Source of the DNA: Clostridia bacterium
Lineage (GTDB): Bacteria > Bacillota > Clostridia > RGIG6154
Reading direction: 5' to 3'
Length of the DNA: 64,000 nucleotides
NCBI GenBank assembly: GCA_045589295.1
Contig: JAZNOU010000007.1
Coordinates: 1 to 64,000 of the forward strand
Position 1 is the first letter of the stretch, and each line of letters begins with the position of its first letter. Shown in pieces: positions 28,038 through 38,473 of the stretch. The translations under genes and the position numbers were made by a program. The notes under the pieces were generated by a model. The model was given only the letters and a program-made list of their open reading frames with translations, had not been told where the DNA came from and searched no databases.

Positions 28038-29624
28038 TTATATAAATCTACCAAGCAATTTTACTAGTTTATCACCATATGGCATTGCCTCAATATCCTG
28101 ACGTTCAATAGCTTTTAAAACGACAATTAAAACAAAATACACGCATGCTGCAGCCACAACAGCAAGTAAAAGAGATATGTCATTTGAAGACGTAAAGCCA
28201 ATAAATATTTCATAAATGTAGTTTGCACAAATCCCCATTATCACCGCTGATATTATTGTTTTTATAAAAAAGCCAAAACCATACTTGGGTGTAAAATACT
28301 TATTAATAGCAATTAAATTAAGTGTTGCAGTAGTAAAATAGCACAAAACCGTACCTATTGGTGCACCATTAATATTAATATCAATATTTCCAACCAAAAC
28401 ATAATTAACCACTACTTTTACGATACCGCCAATGCACATATTAATAACAGGCACCCATACATTACCTTTCGCCTGAATTATTGCATTAGCAACCATAACA
28501 ATACTTACAAACAAAACACCATATGCCAATATTTGCAGTAAAAGCTCTGCGCCTGTATCTCTAAAAGCCAGATTTAAAATAGGTCCAGATAATACAGACA
28601 TACCAATTGCACATGGAAGTGCAATTAAGAAAGTAACTCTTATTGCTGTTTCAACAGTTTTAGTGGCAATTACAAACTTCTTATTGGCAAGAGCTGCTGA
28701 AATCGCAGGAACAATACTTACCGCAAGCGAAGCTATAATTGTCGGCGGCAAATTAAACATAGTAACTGCATATCCGGAGTAATAACCATACATTGTCTTT
28801 CTTGCATCTTCATCGAACCCCAAAGATGCAAGCTGCCTCATAATCATTGTTAAGTCAATTACACTCGCCAACGTAAAAACAGATGCTCCCAAAGTTATGG
28901 GTACGGCTAATTTCACAAGTTTAACTGCAATCGTTTTTATTGAGCTTGTTTCTGCGCTTGCAGACCGCATTTTATTGACATTGTTCCGCATTTTTCTCCA
29001 ATACAAAACAAGAAATACCGCCGCTATAAAAGTTCCGGTTGAAACTCCCAAAATTGCACCTGCCGCTGCATACTCAACACCATAACTCAAAAATATGTAC
29101 GCAAGCAACAAGCCAACAAACATTTTACCAAAAGATTCAATAACTTCAGAAATTGCAGTTGGCATCATATTAGACATACCTTGATAAAATCCTCTGTAAG
29201 CACTCATCATTGATACAAAAAATAAGCTTGGAGCCATAGCCATAATTGCTATACCAGCGCTAGGTATTTTTAAAAAGTTAGCAAATGCGTTAGCACCAAA
29301 CAAGAGGATTGAAAAGCCTGTAACGCCTAAAATGAATAATACAATTTTAGCAACCTGAAAAATTTTTATCGCCTCATTATAATTATCCTTTGCAACACTT
29401 TCACTTACTAATTTTGATATAGCAACAGGAAGTCCTGCTGTTGACATTATAAAAAGCACATTGTAAATTGTGTATGAAGAATTATAAATACCAATTCCGT
29501 CGGGGCCTAAAATAAATCTTGTTAAAGGTATTTTAAATAACGCACCTATAATTTTTACAATAACATGCGCAATTGCTATTATTAATGCACCTTGTAAAAA
29601 AGATTGTTTTTTTACTTTTTCCAA
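28038..29624 (-). CDS. SpoVB/YabM-family MOP flippase (polysaccharide biosynthesis protein)
   Basis: SFLQGALII, STAGLPVAISKLVSE, RGFYQG..NMMPTAISEVIE. Confidence 0.88.
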   Translation of the reverse strand: MEKVKKQSFLQGALIIAIAHVIVKIIGALFKIPLTRFILGPDGIGIYNSSYTIYNVLFIMSTAGLPVAISKLVSESVAKDNYNEAIKIFQVAKIVLFILGVTGFSILLFGANAFANFLKIPSAGIAIMAMAPSLFFVSMMSAYRGFYQGMSNMMPTAISEVIESFGKMFVGLLLAYIFLSYGVEYAAAGAILGVSTGTFIAAVFLVLYWRKMRNNVNKMRSASAETSSIKTIAVKLVKLAVPITLGASVFTLASVIDLTMIMRQLASLGFDEDARKTMYGYYSGYAVTMFNLPPTIIASLAVSIVPAISAALANKKFVIATKTVETAIRVTFLIALPCAIGMSVLSGPILNLAFRDTGAELLLQILAYGVLFVSIVMVANAIIQAKGNVWVPVINMCIGGIVKVVVNYVLVGNIDININGAPIGTVLCYFTTATLNLIAINKYFTPKYGFGFFIKTIISAVIMGICANYIYEIFIGFTSSNDISLLLAVVAAACVYFVLIVVLKAIERQDIEAMPYGDKLVKLLGRFI

Positions 29625-29707
29625 AAAAACACCTCCAAATAGTATTGTGACTTTTTTAATTATATCAAAAATTCTCTGTCAAATCAATAGTTTTGTAAAG
29701 GTATATG

Positions 29708-29736
29708 TTGCAAATCTCATCCAGATGTGTTATACT
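29708..29736 (+). promoter_or_regulatory. SigmaA promoter
   Basis: TTGCAA-17 bp-TATACT with TG extension. Confidence 0.65.
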
Positions 29737-29770
29737 ATCTACAAATTATATTGTTATTCGAGGTACTATT

Positions 29771-29953
29771 ATGGAAAACAACAATTTTTGCACTACTTGT
29801 ATTCACGCAACTGTACTTGTCACAAATGAAATTTTATGTTCAAAATATGGTGTTTTAAACTCAGACACATCCTGCAAGCACTTTGTTGAAGATTTAACAA
29901 AAAAGGAACTCAGAAAAAAAAGGACAGTTAAAATCCAAAATTTAAGTGATTAA
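29771..29953 (+). CDS. Small Cys4 hypothetical protein (60 aa)
   Basis: GAGG RBS then ATG; CTTC...C...C plus basic tail. Confidence 0.7.
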   Translation: MENNNFCTTCIHATVLVTNEILCSKYGVLNSDTSCKHFVEDLTKKELRKKRTVKIQNLSD

Positions 29954-30861
29954 TTGATATATTTGCCAATATCATCAATTTGAATGTTATGTGCTGAAAT
30001 ATTTATAGCGGCAGATATAATATTTGCCATCTGCAAAGTCAATTTATCTATATCTTTGGGTGTTACAGTAAACAAGGTGCTTGAACCTTGTTTTTTTTCT
30101 TCCAGTTTTTTTAGCAAATCACCACATTGAGTGCAATTTTCCAAAACCGCATCATATGCAATGGTAAGCACATCTACAACCATCGGAACTCCAATGGAAA
30201 CTACAGGGATACCTATTGTTTTTTCGCTTATTTCCTTTCTATTATTACCAATCCCGGAACCAGGATTTATCCCTGTATCAGACATTTGTATTGTTGTTGC
30301 AACTCTTTGCATTTTTCTTGACGCGAGTGCGTCGACAACAATTAAAGCTGCGGGCTTTATTTTTTCACAAACTCCTTTTATAATTTCTGCTGTTTCAATA
30401 CCTGTCATTCCCAAAACACTTGGTGAAATCGCACAAATAGACCCAAGCCCTTTTGTTTTATCCGGTACTAACTCGTGTAAATGCCTTGTAACAATAAGTT
30501 TATCAACAGTAAACGGACCGAGTGCATCAGAAGTTATTTGCCTGTTTCCAAGTCCCGCCACCAGAATTGTTTTATTTTTCAAGTCAGAGATTATTTGCTG
30601 CAAATGTTCACTCAAAAGCTCAGTTGCAATATAATAATACGCGTATCCTACCTCTTTAAAGTCTGGCATTTCAAATGTATAATAATTTCCTATAGGCTTT
30701 CCAATGCTATAACTACCTTTTTGATTTAAAACTTCAACATGAGTAACAATTACTCCGTCTTCCTCTCTGCTGTTAGCTTTTACGCCTTCTATATCTGTTA
30801 TATCTTTTGCTTTATCATGATACATCTCTTTTGCTTCTAAAGCAAGGTCAGTTCTTAACAT
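29950..30861 (-). CDS. gpr: Germination protease GPR
   Basis: RTDLALEA, GLGN..ITSDALGP, VDALASR, PGSGIGN, VTPKDID. Confidence 0.95.
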   Translation of the reverse strand: MLRTDLALEAKEMYHDKAKDITDIEGVKANSREEDGVIVTHVEVLNQKGSYSIGKPIGNYYTFEMPDFKEVGYAYYYIATELLSEHLQQIISDLKNKTILVAGLGNRQITSDALGPFTVDKLIVTRHLHELVPDKTKGLGSICAISPSVLGMTGIETAEIIKGVCEKIKPAALIVVDALASRKMQRVATTIQMSDTGINPGSGIGNNRKEISEKTIGIPVVSIGVPMVVDVLTIAYDAVLENCTQCGDLLKKLEEKKQGSSTLFTVTPKDIDKLTLQMANIISAAINISAHNIQIDDIGKYIN

Positions 30862-30874
30862 TTTACTCTCTCCT

Positions 30875-30908
30875 AAAAAAATAAAGTGCCTTTTAAGACA
30901 CTTTTATT
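30875..30908 (-). terminator. Probable terminator after ribF
   Basis: Minus strand aaagtgtc-ttaaaa-ggcacttt then T-rich run. Confidence 0.55.
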
Positions 30909-30909
30909 A

Positions 30910-31827
30910 TTAGGTATTAAACGAAAAATATTCTTTTACTTTACAAACATCAAAAAGGATTTGTTTTTTAAGCAACTCGACGTTTTCAAATTTAATCTCG
31001 TTCCTTATAAAAGCAAGCAACTTAACGCTTGCATTTTTACCGTAAAAATCACCACTTTTATCAAAAAGATGCACCTCTACTAATGGTGCATTACCATTAA
31101 AAGTTGGTTTTAAACCAATATTTGCAACACCATTACATTCTTCACCATCAACAGCAATTTTACATGCATATACACCAAATTGTGGCACAACCTTAGTTTG
31201 TTGCAAGTCAAAATTAGCGGTAGGTATCCCCATTTGTGTTCCAAGTTGTTTTCCGTGTTTTATAACACCATTCAATTCAAATTCTCTACCCAAAAGTTGA
31301 TTAGCTTTTTCAATATCACCATTAGATATCATTTCTCTAATAAGTGAGCTAGAAACAACTTCACCACTTTTTTCCAATAATGACAAAACACAAACATCAA
31401 CATTATGTTTAATTGCAATTTTTTTTAATAATTCTATATCACCAACTGCATTTCTACCAAACATATAATGTTGTCCAACTACAATTGCTTTTGGGGAAAG
31501 TTTTTGTATAATCATATCAACAAAAACCTCAGGTGAAATATCTAAGAATTCCAAATTAGGATCTTGATAAATTAAAATATCAACTCCCATTTCATCAAAA
31601 AGCATTTCCTTTTCAGCGTTAAGTGTTAATAATTCAACTTTACTCCCTAAGATTTCTTTAGGGTGTTTTGAAAAGGTATAAACTACTGAATGTAAATTAT
31701 TCTTACGAGCAATTTCTACACACTTATTTATCAATTTTTGATGTGCAATATGCACGCCATCAAAATTACCTAATGCAACAACGCAACCATCTAAATGTAA
31801 ATAATTGTCTGCATTAACAATTCTCAT
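30910..31827 (-). CDS. ribF: Bifunctional riboflavin kinase/FAD synthetase
   Basis: GNFDGVHIAH, VSSSLIR, GIPTAN, NIGLKPTF, VEVHL. Confidence 0.95.
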   Translation of the reverse strand: MRIVNADNYLHLDGCVVALGNFDGVHIAHQKLINKCVEIARKNNLHSVVYTFSKHPKEILGSKVELLTLNAEKEMLFDEMGVDILIYQDPNLEFLDISPEVFVDMIIQKLSPKAIVVGQHYMFGRNAVGDIELLKKIAIKHNVDVCVLSLLEKSGEVVSSSLIREMISNGDIEKANQLLGREFELNGVIKHGKQLGTQMGIPTANFDLQQTKVVPQFGVYACKIAVDGEECNGVANIGLKPTFNGNAPLVEVHLFDKSGDFYGKNASVKLLAFIRNEIKFENVELLKKQILFDVCKVKEYFSFNT

Positions 31828-31830
31828 AAT

Positions 31831-32544
31831 CTACTCCTCAATAAAAGTTTTGGGTGGGATTAGTATTTTATCGTACTCTTCAGTATTCCACATTTGCTCA
31901 AATTCTTCCAAGGTAATACTATTCTCAATTGTGAAACAACTACTCTTTGTTCTTACTAAAGATGCCATATAACCACCGCACCCCAGTTTTTCTCCGATGT
32001 CATTACAAAGTGTCCTTATGTAAGTTCCTTTTGAACAAGAAACCACTATTTCAACCTGCTCACTATCTTTATTATAATTTAAAACTTCAATTGAAAACAC
32101 AGTTATTTTTCTGGGCTTACGTTCAATTTCTTTTCCTTCTCTTGCAAGTTTGTATAATTTTTGACCATTAATCTTTACAGCACTGTACATAGGTGGTATT
32201 TGGCTGATTTCACCAATAAATTCACCTATTACATTTTTAATCTGCGCAAGTGAAAGATTAACATTGTGTCGTGCAACAATCTCTCCCTCACTGTCTTGAG
32301 TAGTTGTAGATGCTCCTAATTGTAAAACAGCTCTGTACTCTTTTGTCCCGTCCATTATTTTTTGCGAAAGTTTTGTAGCTTCTCTTCCAATTAAAATTGG
32401 CAAAACTCCGGACGCCAAAGGATCTAATGTACCTGTATGGCCGACTTTCTTAATTCCTGTTATTCTCCTTATAACAGCTACTACAAAGTGAGAACTTTTT
32501 CCTATTGGTTTGTTAATATTAACAATTCCTGTCAAATAATTCAA
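31831..32544 (-). CDS. truB: tRNA pseudouridine(55) synthase (short form)
   Basis: KVGHTGTLDPLASG, QIPPMYSA, CSKGTYIRTL. Confidence 0.95.
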   Translation of the reverse strand: MNYLTGIVNINKPIGKSSHFVVAVIRRITGIKKVGHTGTLDPLASGVLPILIGREATKLSQKIMDGTKEYRAVLQLGASTTTQDSEGEIVARHNVNLSLAQIKNVIGEFIGEISQIPPMYSAVKINGQKLYKLAREGKEIERKPRKITVFSIEVLNYNKDSEQVEIVVSCSKGTYIRTLCNDIGEKLGCGGYMASLVRTKSSCFTIENSITLEEFEQMWNTEEYDKILIPPKTFIEE

Positions 32545-32549
32545 ACCCC

Positions 32550-33500
32550 CTAAAGTAAATTTTCTGTAACTTGAACAATCTTTTCTAGTGTCTTTTCAAC
32601 ACAAATTTCTGTTGAAAATCCAGCCGCTCTAATATGACCTCCACCGCCAAAAATTGAGGAAATATATGCGGCATCAACATAAGCATTCGTTCTTATGCTA
32701 CCTTTGGTATTTCCGTCCTTTTCTTTGATCAAACAACCAACCTCAACGCCTTTAATACTTCTTAGCAGATCAACAAGCCCTTCGGTATTTTCGTACGAAG
32801 CGCCAAATTTTTCAAGATCCTTTTCAGTAATAACAGCAATAGCTAGCTTGCCTTCATAAAATATTTTTAAATTATTTATGATGTGAGATTTTAAATTCAA
32901 CTCAACTAATGTAACTGTATTAAATAAAAACCTGTTGATTTTCGCACTGTCAATCCCAAGCGAAATCAACTTTGCCGCAACCATATGTGTTTTGGGTGTA
33001 GAGTTTGAATATGCAAAACATCCAGTATCAGAAGAAATTGCTACATACAAAAGAGATGCTATTTCTTTATTTAATTTAAATTTCATCTCTTCAAACAAGT
33101 GCGCAATTATCTCGCCTGTAGCTGCTGCATCTGAATCTACATAGTTGAAATTTGCGTATTTTGTATTAGTAAAATGATGGTCAATATTAATACAATTCTC
33201 ATGTTTAGCAACATAATCCTGAAATTTGCCAAATCTTTTTTCATCAGCACAGTCAAGAGCTACAACAGTATCATAATTATTTTGTTTTAATTCTGTAAAA
33301 TATTCACAATCACAATATTCGCCTAAAAATTCTAACCTCTGACTTATTTTTTCATTCAAATACAAATCTACAAGTTTTCCGTTTGACTCAAGTGCACACT
33401 TTAATGCTAACGCACTACCCAAAGCATCTCCATCTGCTGTAACATGAACAAAAACAGCAACTTTCACAGCTGAATTCAAAACATTAATAATATCTTTCAT
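32550..33500 (-). CDS. nrnA: DHH/DHHA1 oligoribonuclease/pAp phosphatase
   Basis: DGDALGS, NIDHH, SDTG, GGGHIRAAG; rbfA-truB context. Confidence 0.88.
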   Translation of the reverse strand: MKDIINVLNSAVKVAVFVHVTADGDALGSALALKCALESNGKLVDLYLNEKISQRLEFLGEYCDCEYFTELKQNNYDTVVALDCADEKRFGKFQDYVAKHENCINIDHHFTNTKYANFNYVDSDAAATGEIIAHLFEEMKFKLNKEIASLLYVAISSDTGCFAYSNSTPKTHMVAAKLISLGIDSAKINRFLFNTVTLVELNLKSHIINNLKIFYEGKLAIAVITEKDLEKFGASYENTEGLVDLLRSIKGVEVGCLIKEKDGNTKGSIRTNAYVDAAYISSIFGGGGHIRAAGFSTEICVEKTLEKIVQVTENLL

Positions 33501-33850
33501 TATTGATCACCATTCAACTTGTTAATTAGATTATTTATATGTGCACCATATTCCATAGAATCATCAATTACAAAGCTAAGTTCAGGTGTATATCTAAGTT
33601 TTGTTCGAGATGAAATTTCTTTTCTGATAAAGCCACTACTGCTAACAAGCCCCTTTAAAATTTCTTTTTTCTTTTCATCGTCAGTAAAAGCAGAAATATA
33701 CACCTTTGCATATTTTAAATCTTTTGTTACTAAAACAGATACTACCGACATTAAGACACCATCAAAACGAGGATCCTTTAAAGTTGGCAAAATTGAACAC
33801 AATTCCCTTTTGATTTCTTCATCAATTTTTTGTTGTCTAAATTTAGCCAT
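33500..33850 (-). CDS. rbfA: Ribosome-binding factor A
   Basis: LKDPR, DLKYAKVY, LRYTPELSF. Confidence 0.95.
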   Translation of the reverse strand: MAKFRQQKIDEEIKRELCSILPTLKDPRFDGVLMSVVSVLVTKDLKYAKVYISAFTDDEKKKEILKGLVSSSGFIRKEISSRTKLRYTPELSFVIDDSMEYGAHINNLINKLNGDQ

Positions 33851-33864
33851 GTCTGTTCCTTTCG

Positions 33865-36204
33865 TTAACGTTTAATTTCTTCCATTATGAAACTTTCAAC
33901 AATATCTCCTTCTTTGATATCGTTAAAGTTTTCAATACCAATACCACATTCGTAACCGCTTGCAACTTCTTTAACATCATCTTTAAATCTCTTCAATGAG
34001 TCTAAAACACCTTCGTGAATAACAATACTATCACGAACTATACGAACCTGTGAGTTTCTTGAAATCTTACCATCTAACACGTATGAGCCACCAATTGTAC
34101 CCACACCTGAAACTTTAAATGTCTGTCTGATTTCAGCGTGTCCCTGAACAACTTCTTTAAATTCAGGATCAAGCATACCCTTCATAGCATCTTCAATTTC
34201 TTCAATAGCTGTATAAATTACTCTGTAAAGTCTGATTTCAACTTCTTCTCTTTCAGCACTCGAAATTGCATTAGCATCAGGACGAACGTTAAAACCAACA
34301 ATGATAGCGTTTGATGCTGATGCGAGCATAACGTCTGAATCGTTAACGCCACCAACACCACCATGGATAATTCTGATTCTTACTTCATCATTGCTGAGTT
34401 TTTCCAATGATTGTTTAACAGCTTCAACAGAACCCTGTACGTCAGCTTTAATGATAATGTTAAGCTCTTTCATCTTGCCCTGTTCAATCTGACTGAACAA
34501 GTTTTCCAATGATGCCTTTTGTGTTGCCTGAAGTGCCTCTTCTTTCTGCTTTGTAATTCTTTCATCAACAACATCGCGAGCTTTTTTCTCGTTTTCAACA
34601 ACGTAGAACAAATCTCCACCACTTGGAACGCTTGAAAGTCCTAAAATCTCTACCGGAACTGAAGGTTCAGCAGTTTTTACCCTATTACCTCTGTCGTCCA
34701 TCATAGCACGAACTCTGCCGATTGATGTACCAACAACTACAACATCACCAATTTTTAATGTACCATTCTGAACCAAAACTGTAGCAATAGGACCTCTACC
34801 CTTGTCAAGTCTTGATTCGATAACAATACCTCTTGCTTCTCTGTTAGGATTTGCTTTAAGTTCTCTCATATCAGCAACCAAAAGAAGCATTTCCAAAAGT
34901 TCATCAATACCCTGACCTGTCATAGCTGATACATTAACACAAATTGTATCGCCGCCCCACTGTTCAGGGATAAGTTCATGTTCTGTAAGTTCCTGTAATA
35001 CTCTGTCAGGATTTGCTGTGTCTTTATCACACTTGTTAACAGCAACGATTACACTTACACCTGCAGCTTTAGCGTGGTTAATAGCTTCAACTGTCTGCGG
35101 CATAATACCATCATCAGCTGCAACAACCAAAATTGCAATATCAGTAGCCTGTGCACCTCTTGCGCGCATTGCAGTAAAAGCCTCATGACCCGGAGTATCA
35201 AGGAAAGTGATTTCTTTTCCGTCAAGATTTACTCTATATGCACCGATATGCTGTGTAATACCACCTGCTTCACCTGCAGTTACATGTGTACTTCTTATTT
35301 TATCCAAAAGACTTGTTTTACCGTGGACAACGTGACCCATAACACAAACAACCGGACTTCTTGGGAGTAAATCTTCTTCTTTATCTTCAATATCAATAAG
35401 AAGTGATTCTTCTGCAGTAATAATTACTTCTTTTTTAACTATAGCTTCAAATTCTTCTGCAACGATAGCAGCAGTATCAAAGTCAATAATATCACTTACT
35501 GCAGCCATCTGGCCCAACATAAACAATTTTTTAACAACTTCAGCCGCTGTCTTTTTAAGACGAGATGCAAGTTCACCAACAGAGATTGAATCAGGAATTT
35601 CAACTTCAAGTTTTACCGGTTTTGGAATTGTTTTCTTCACCTGCTGAAGTGGTTTATTATCTTTCTTACCAAAACGATTCTGACCTTTTTTGATTTTCTG
35701 CTTATTCTGCATATTATCTTTAATTTTGTCAGAAACCATTTCTTCGATCTGTTCAACTTTTTCAATTCGGTTTACATCAATAGCTTCTGAACGAGTGTTA
35801 ACAACAACATTAACTCTTTCTTTTTTAGGCTGAGGTTGTGCCTGTTTTTTCTTTTCAGATTTTTCAAAAGGATGTGGGTTTGATGGTTTTTTCTGCTTTT
35901 GTTCAGGCTCTTTAATTTCTTCTTTCTTTTCTTCAACCTTTACTTCTTCTTTTTTCTCTTCAAGCTTTGGTTCTTCTTTTCTTACAATTACACCATAATT
36001 CATGGTGCTGTTTAAAATATTAAATTTTCCGCCTTTATCATATTTCTGTGATAAAACCTCAAATATAATATCAAGTTGGTTTTCTTCAAGAACAGTCATA
36101 TACCCTTTAACAGATATTCCAAACTGTTCTAATATTCCTATTATATCTTTACTTGTTAAATTTAAATCTTTTGCAAGTTCGTGAACTCTAACTTTTTGTA
36201 GCAT
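33865..36204 (-). CDS. infB: Translation initiation factor IF-2
   Basis: [28 protein letters not shown]; G1 reads GHVVHGKT. Confidence 0.97.
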   Translation of the reverse strand: MLQKVRVHELAKDLNLTSKDIIGILEQFGISVKGYMTVLEENQLDIIFEVLSQKYDKGGKFNILNSTMNYGVIVRKEEPKLEEKKEEVKVEEKKEEIKEPEQKQKKPSNPHPFEKSEKKKQAQPQPKKERVNVVVNTRSEAIDVNRIEKVEQIEEMVSDKIKDNMQNKQKIKKGQNRFGKKDNKPLQQVKKTIPKPVKLEVEIPDSISVGELASRLKKTAAEVVKKLFMLGQMAAVSDIIDFDTAAIVAEEFEAIVKKEVIITAEESLLIDIEDKEEDLLPRSPVVCVMGHVVHGKTSLLDKIRSTHVTAGEAGGITQHIGAYRVNLDGKEITFLDTPGHEAFTAMRARGAQATDIAILVVAADDGIMPQTVEAINHAKAAGVSVIVAVNKCDKDTANPDRVLQELTEHELIPEQWGGDTICVNVSAMTGQGIDELLEMLLLVADMRELKANPNREARGIVIESRLDKGRGPIATVLVQNGTLKIGDVVVVGTSIGRVRAMMDDRGNRVKTAEPSVPVEILGLSSVPSGGDLFYVVENEKKARDVVDERITKQKEEALQATQKASLENLFSQIEQGKMKELNIIIKADVQGSVEAVKQSLEKLSNDEVRIRIIHGGVGGVNDSDVMLASASNAIIVGFNVRPDANAISSAEREEVEIRLYRVIYTAIEEIEDAMKGMLDPEFKEVVQGHAEIRQTFKVSGVGTIGGSYVLDGKISRNSQVRIVRDSIVIHEGVLDSLKRFKDDVKEVASGYECGIGIENFNDIKEGDIVESFIMEEIKR

Positions 36205-36246
36205 TTAAATTCCTCGCTTTCTTCAAAAAACGCTTTTAAGAGCAAA

Positions 36247-36543
36247 TTATTCTTCATTGGCTATATATGCTTTTAAAATAGCGTCAGCAAATTCTTTATC
36301 GGTTATTACAGCAACTCTTCTAATTTCTTTACCGGTACATTTTCCAAGTTTTTCCTCAGAATCAATATAAATTATACGAACCCCTAAATTTATGAAAATT
36401 TTTTCTGTAGATTTTGAAATGCCCTTTGCTAAAACAATTAGTTTTGCTTTGCCGTTTTTAACAGCCTTCTCACACAGATCAGTGCCTGTTACTATTTTCC
36501 CTGCCCTTGTTGCAAGTCCTAAAAGTCTTTCAGCTTTAGTCAT
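36247..36543 (-). CDS. ylxQ: L7Ae-family RNA-binding protein YlxQ
   Basis: LLGLATRAGKIVTG; synteny. Confidence 0.85.
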   Translation of the reverse strand: MTKAERLLGLATRAGKIVTGTDLCEKAVKNGKAKLIVLAKGISKSTEKIFINLGVRIIYIDSEEKLGKCTGKEIRRVAVITDKEFADAILKAYIANEE

Positions 36544-36796
36544 TTTTCTCGAGCACTTCCTTTATTGATTCGAAAATTTCTTTGTCTGATATCAGGCCAT
36601 ATATCCTGGCAAACTTTTTTGATGATGCGATTTTTTCAAGGCAGTTAACACTGCAAATATACATTCCTCGACCACCAGATTTAAAGTTAGAATCTAAAAA
36701 AGTTTTCCCTTTAGAAGTAGCCACTCTTACCATAGTATACTTATTTTTCAGACTTCTACAGCAGACACAAGTTCTGCAATTAACCTTGTCGTTCAT
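36536..36796 (-). CDS. ylxR: YlxR (DUF448/RnpM) protein
   Basis: RTCVCC, GRGMYIC...C; synteny. Confidence 0.85.
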   Translation of the reverse strand: MNDKVNCRTCVCCRSLKNKYTMVRVATSKGKTFLDSNFKSGGRGMYICSVNCLEKIASSKKFARIYGLISDKEIFESIKEVLEKND

Positions 36797-36806
36797 AAAT
36801 TTATCC

Positions 36807-37859
36807 TTAAAACTCTAAATTTATATTATCTTCTGCTTTTATATCAATTTTCCAACCTGTAAGCTTTGCTGCAAGTCTTGCGTTTTGTCCTTCTCTGCCG
36901 ATAGCAAGTGAAAGCTGAAAAGCAGGAACTACAACAGTGCACATTTTTTCATCTTCGTTAACATCAATTGATATAACTTTTGCAGGACTTAACGCAGCCT
37001 GAATAAATTCGGCCGGATCCGCACTCCATTTAATAATATCAATTTTCTCTCCACCAAGAGCATCAACTACGTTTTGAACTCTCACGCCACGCTGCCCAAC
37101 ACATGAGCCGATAGGATCAATATTTGGATTCTCTGCATATACTGCAATTTTAGTTCTTGAGCCAGGTTCACGAGAGATTGCTTTTATCTGAACAATTCCT
37201 TCTCCAATTTCAGGAACTTCACTTTCAAAAAGTTTTCCTACAATTCCAGCATTACTTCTTGAAACGATAATTTCAGGACCATAATTTGTTTTGTTAACTT
37301 TTGCAACGTACAGTTTGATTTTGTCACCTGGTTCAATTTTTTCTCCCTCAATCTGCTCGCTGGGCGGAATAATTGCTTCAAAATTACCAACATCAACAAT
37401 AATATTCTTCTTATCCACTCTTTTTACAACACCTGTTGTTACAGTGTTTTCCTTTTTTCTAAATTCAGTGTACAGTTTTCCACTTTCTGCTTCACGGAGT
37501 TTTTGAAGCATAACCTGCTTAGCTGTTTGGGCAGCAATTCTTGAAAAAGGAGTCTGGTCAATTTCTTCAACCACAACATCGCCAATTTCATAAGCTTCGT
37601 TTATTTCTTTAGCTTCATCTAAATCATATTCGCCTTCTTGGCCCAAGCCATTTTCAACAACTCTGCAATGTTTATATAAAGTTACATCGCCGGTTTCTCT
37701 GTTTAGTTCAACAACAAGATCTGCACCCTTAATTCCTCTAATGCTTCTTTTGTAAGCTATCGCAAGTGCACCTTCAATTGCCTGGAACATATATTCCTTT
37801 TCAATACCTTTCTCTTTTTCCAGCATAGTAATTGCTGCAAGTAATTCTTTGTTATCCAC
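36807..37859 (-). CDS. nusA: Transcription factor NusA
   Basis: RIAAQTAKQV, REPGSRTKIAV, SLAIGREGQNARLAAKLTGWKIDI. Confidence 0.97.
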   Translation of the reverse strand: MDNKELLAAITMLEKEKGIEKEYMFQAIEGALAIAYKRSIRGIKGADLVVELNRETGDVTLYKHCRVVENGLGQEGEYDLDEAKEINEAYEIGDVVVEEIDQTPFSRIAAQTAKQVMLQKLREAESGKLYTEFRKKENTVTTGVVKRVDKKNIIVDVGNFEAIIPPSEQIEGEKIEPGDKIKLYVAKVNKTNYGPEIIVSRSNAGIVGKLFESEVPEIGEGIVQIKAISREPGSRTKIAVYAENPNIDPIGSCVGQRGVRVQNVVDALGGEKIDIIKWSADPAEFIQAALSPAKVISIDVNEDEKMCTVVVPAFQLSLAIGREGQNARLAAKLTGWKIDIKAEDNINLEF

Positions 37860-37872
37860 TTATGTTACCTCC

Positions 37873-38334
37873 TTAAAATTCAACAACCAATCTTACTGAT
37901 GAAATTTTTTCATTTGGAATTGTTATAATATTATTTTCTACTTCAATCTGTGTTGAAATTTCATCTCTTTTAAAAAGTGTACCTTCAATGTTTTTGTTTC
38001 CCTCATACGACCCATAAAAGTTAACATTCACCCTGGTTCCTGCGAATCTGTCAAAATCTCTTTGTTTTTTTAGTTTTCTTTCAAGTCCCGGAGAAGATAC
38101 CTCAAGATAATATGCCTGTTCGATGGGGTCCTCCTCGTCTAAAATATCACTAAGAGGGCGAGAAACAGCTTCGCAATCATCAATAGAAACGCAACCGTCC
38201 TCTCTATCAATGAAAACTCTCAGATAATATTCTGAACCTTCTTTTTTAAATTCTACATCGTAAATTGATATTCCTAAAGGTTCTGCTACCCTTAGCGCAA
38301 TTTTTTCTACGATATCTTCTATTTTACCTGCCAT
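37873..38334 (-). CDS. rimP: Ribosome maturation factor RimP
   Basis: LRVFID, DDCEAVSR, LEVSSPGLER. Confidence 0.95.
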   Translation of the reverse strand: MAGKIEDIVEKIALRVAEPLGISIYDVEFKKEGSEYYLRVFIDREDGCVSIDDCEAVSRPLSDILDEEDPIEQAYYLEVSSPGLERKLKKQRDFDRFAGTRVNVNFYGSYEGNKNIEGTLFKRDEISTQIEVENNIITIPNEKISSVRLVVEF

Positions 38335-38362
38335 ATTCCCTCCAATTATTTGTAAGAACAAC

Positions 38363-38394
38363 GCAAAAGAGTGAGCTTTTGCTCACTCCTTTGC
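38363..38394 (-). promoter_or_regulatory. rimP-leader attenuator hairpin (likely NusA-dependent terminator)
   Basis: Minus strand gcaaaggagtgagc-aaaa-gctcactcttttgc between promoter and rimP, short U-tail. Confidence 0.7.
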
Positions 38395-38415
38395 TGAAAT
38401 TCTTAAGATAGCGTT

Positions 38416-38444
38416 ATTATACCACATTAAATATTAAAAATCAA
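38416..38444 (-). promoter_or_regulatory. SigmaA promoter of rimP-nusA-infB operon
   Basis: TTGATT-17 bp-TATAAT with TG extension. Confidence 0.75.
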
Positions 38445-38473
38445 GTGTTTAACTTAATTTTTTTACTTTTTTG

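Noticed and set aside
35915-35985. Repeated EEKKEE coding stretch in infB
   Set aside because: Ordinary low-complexity IF2 N-terminal linker
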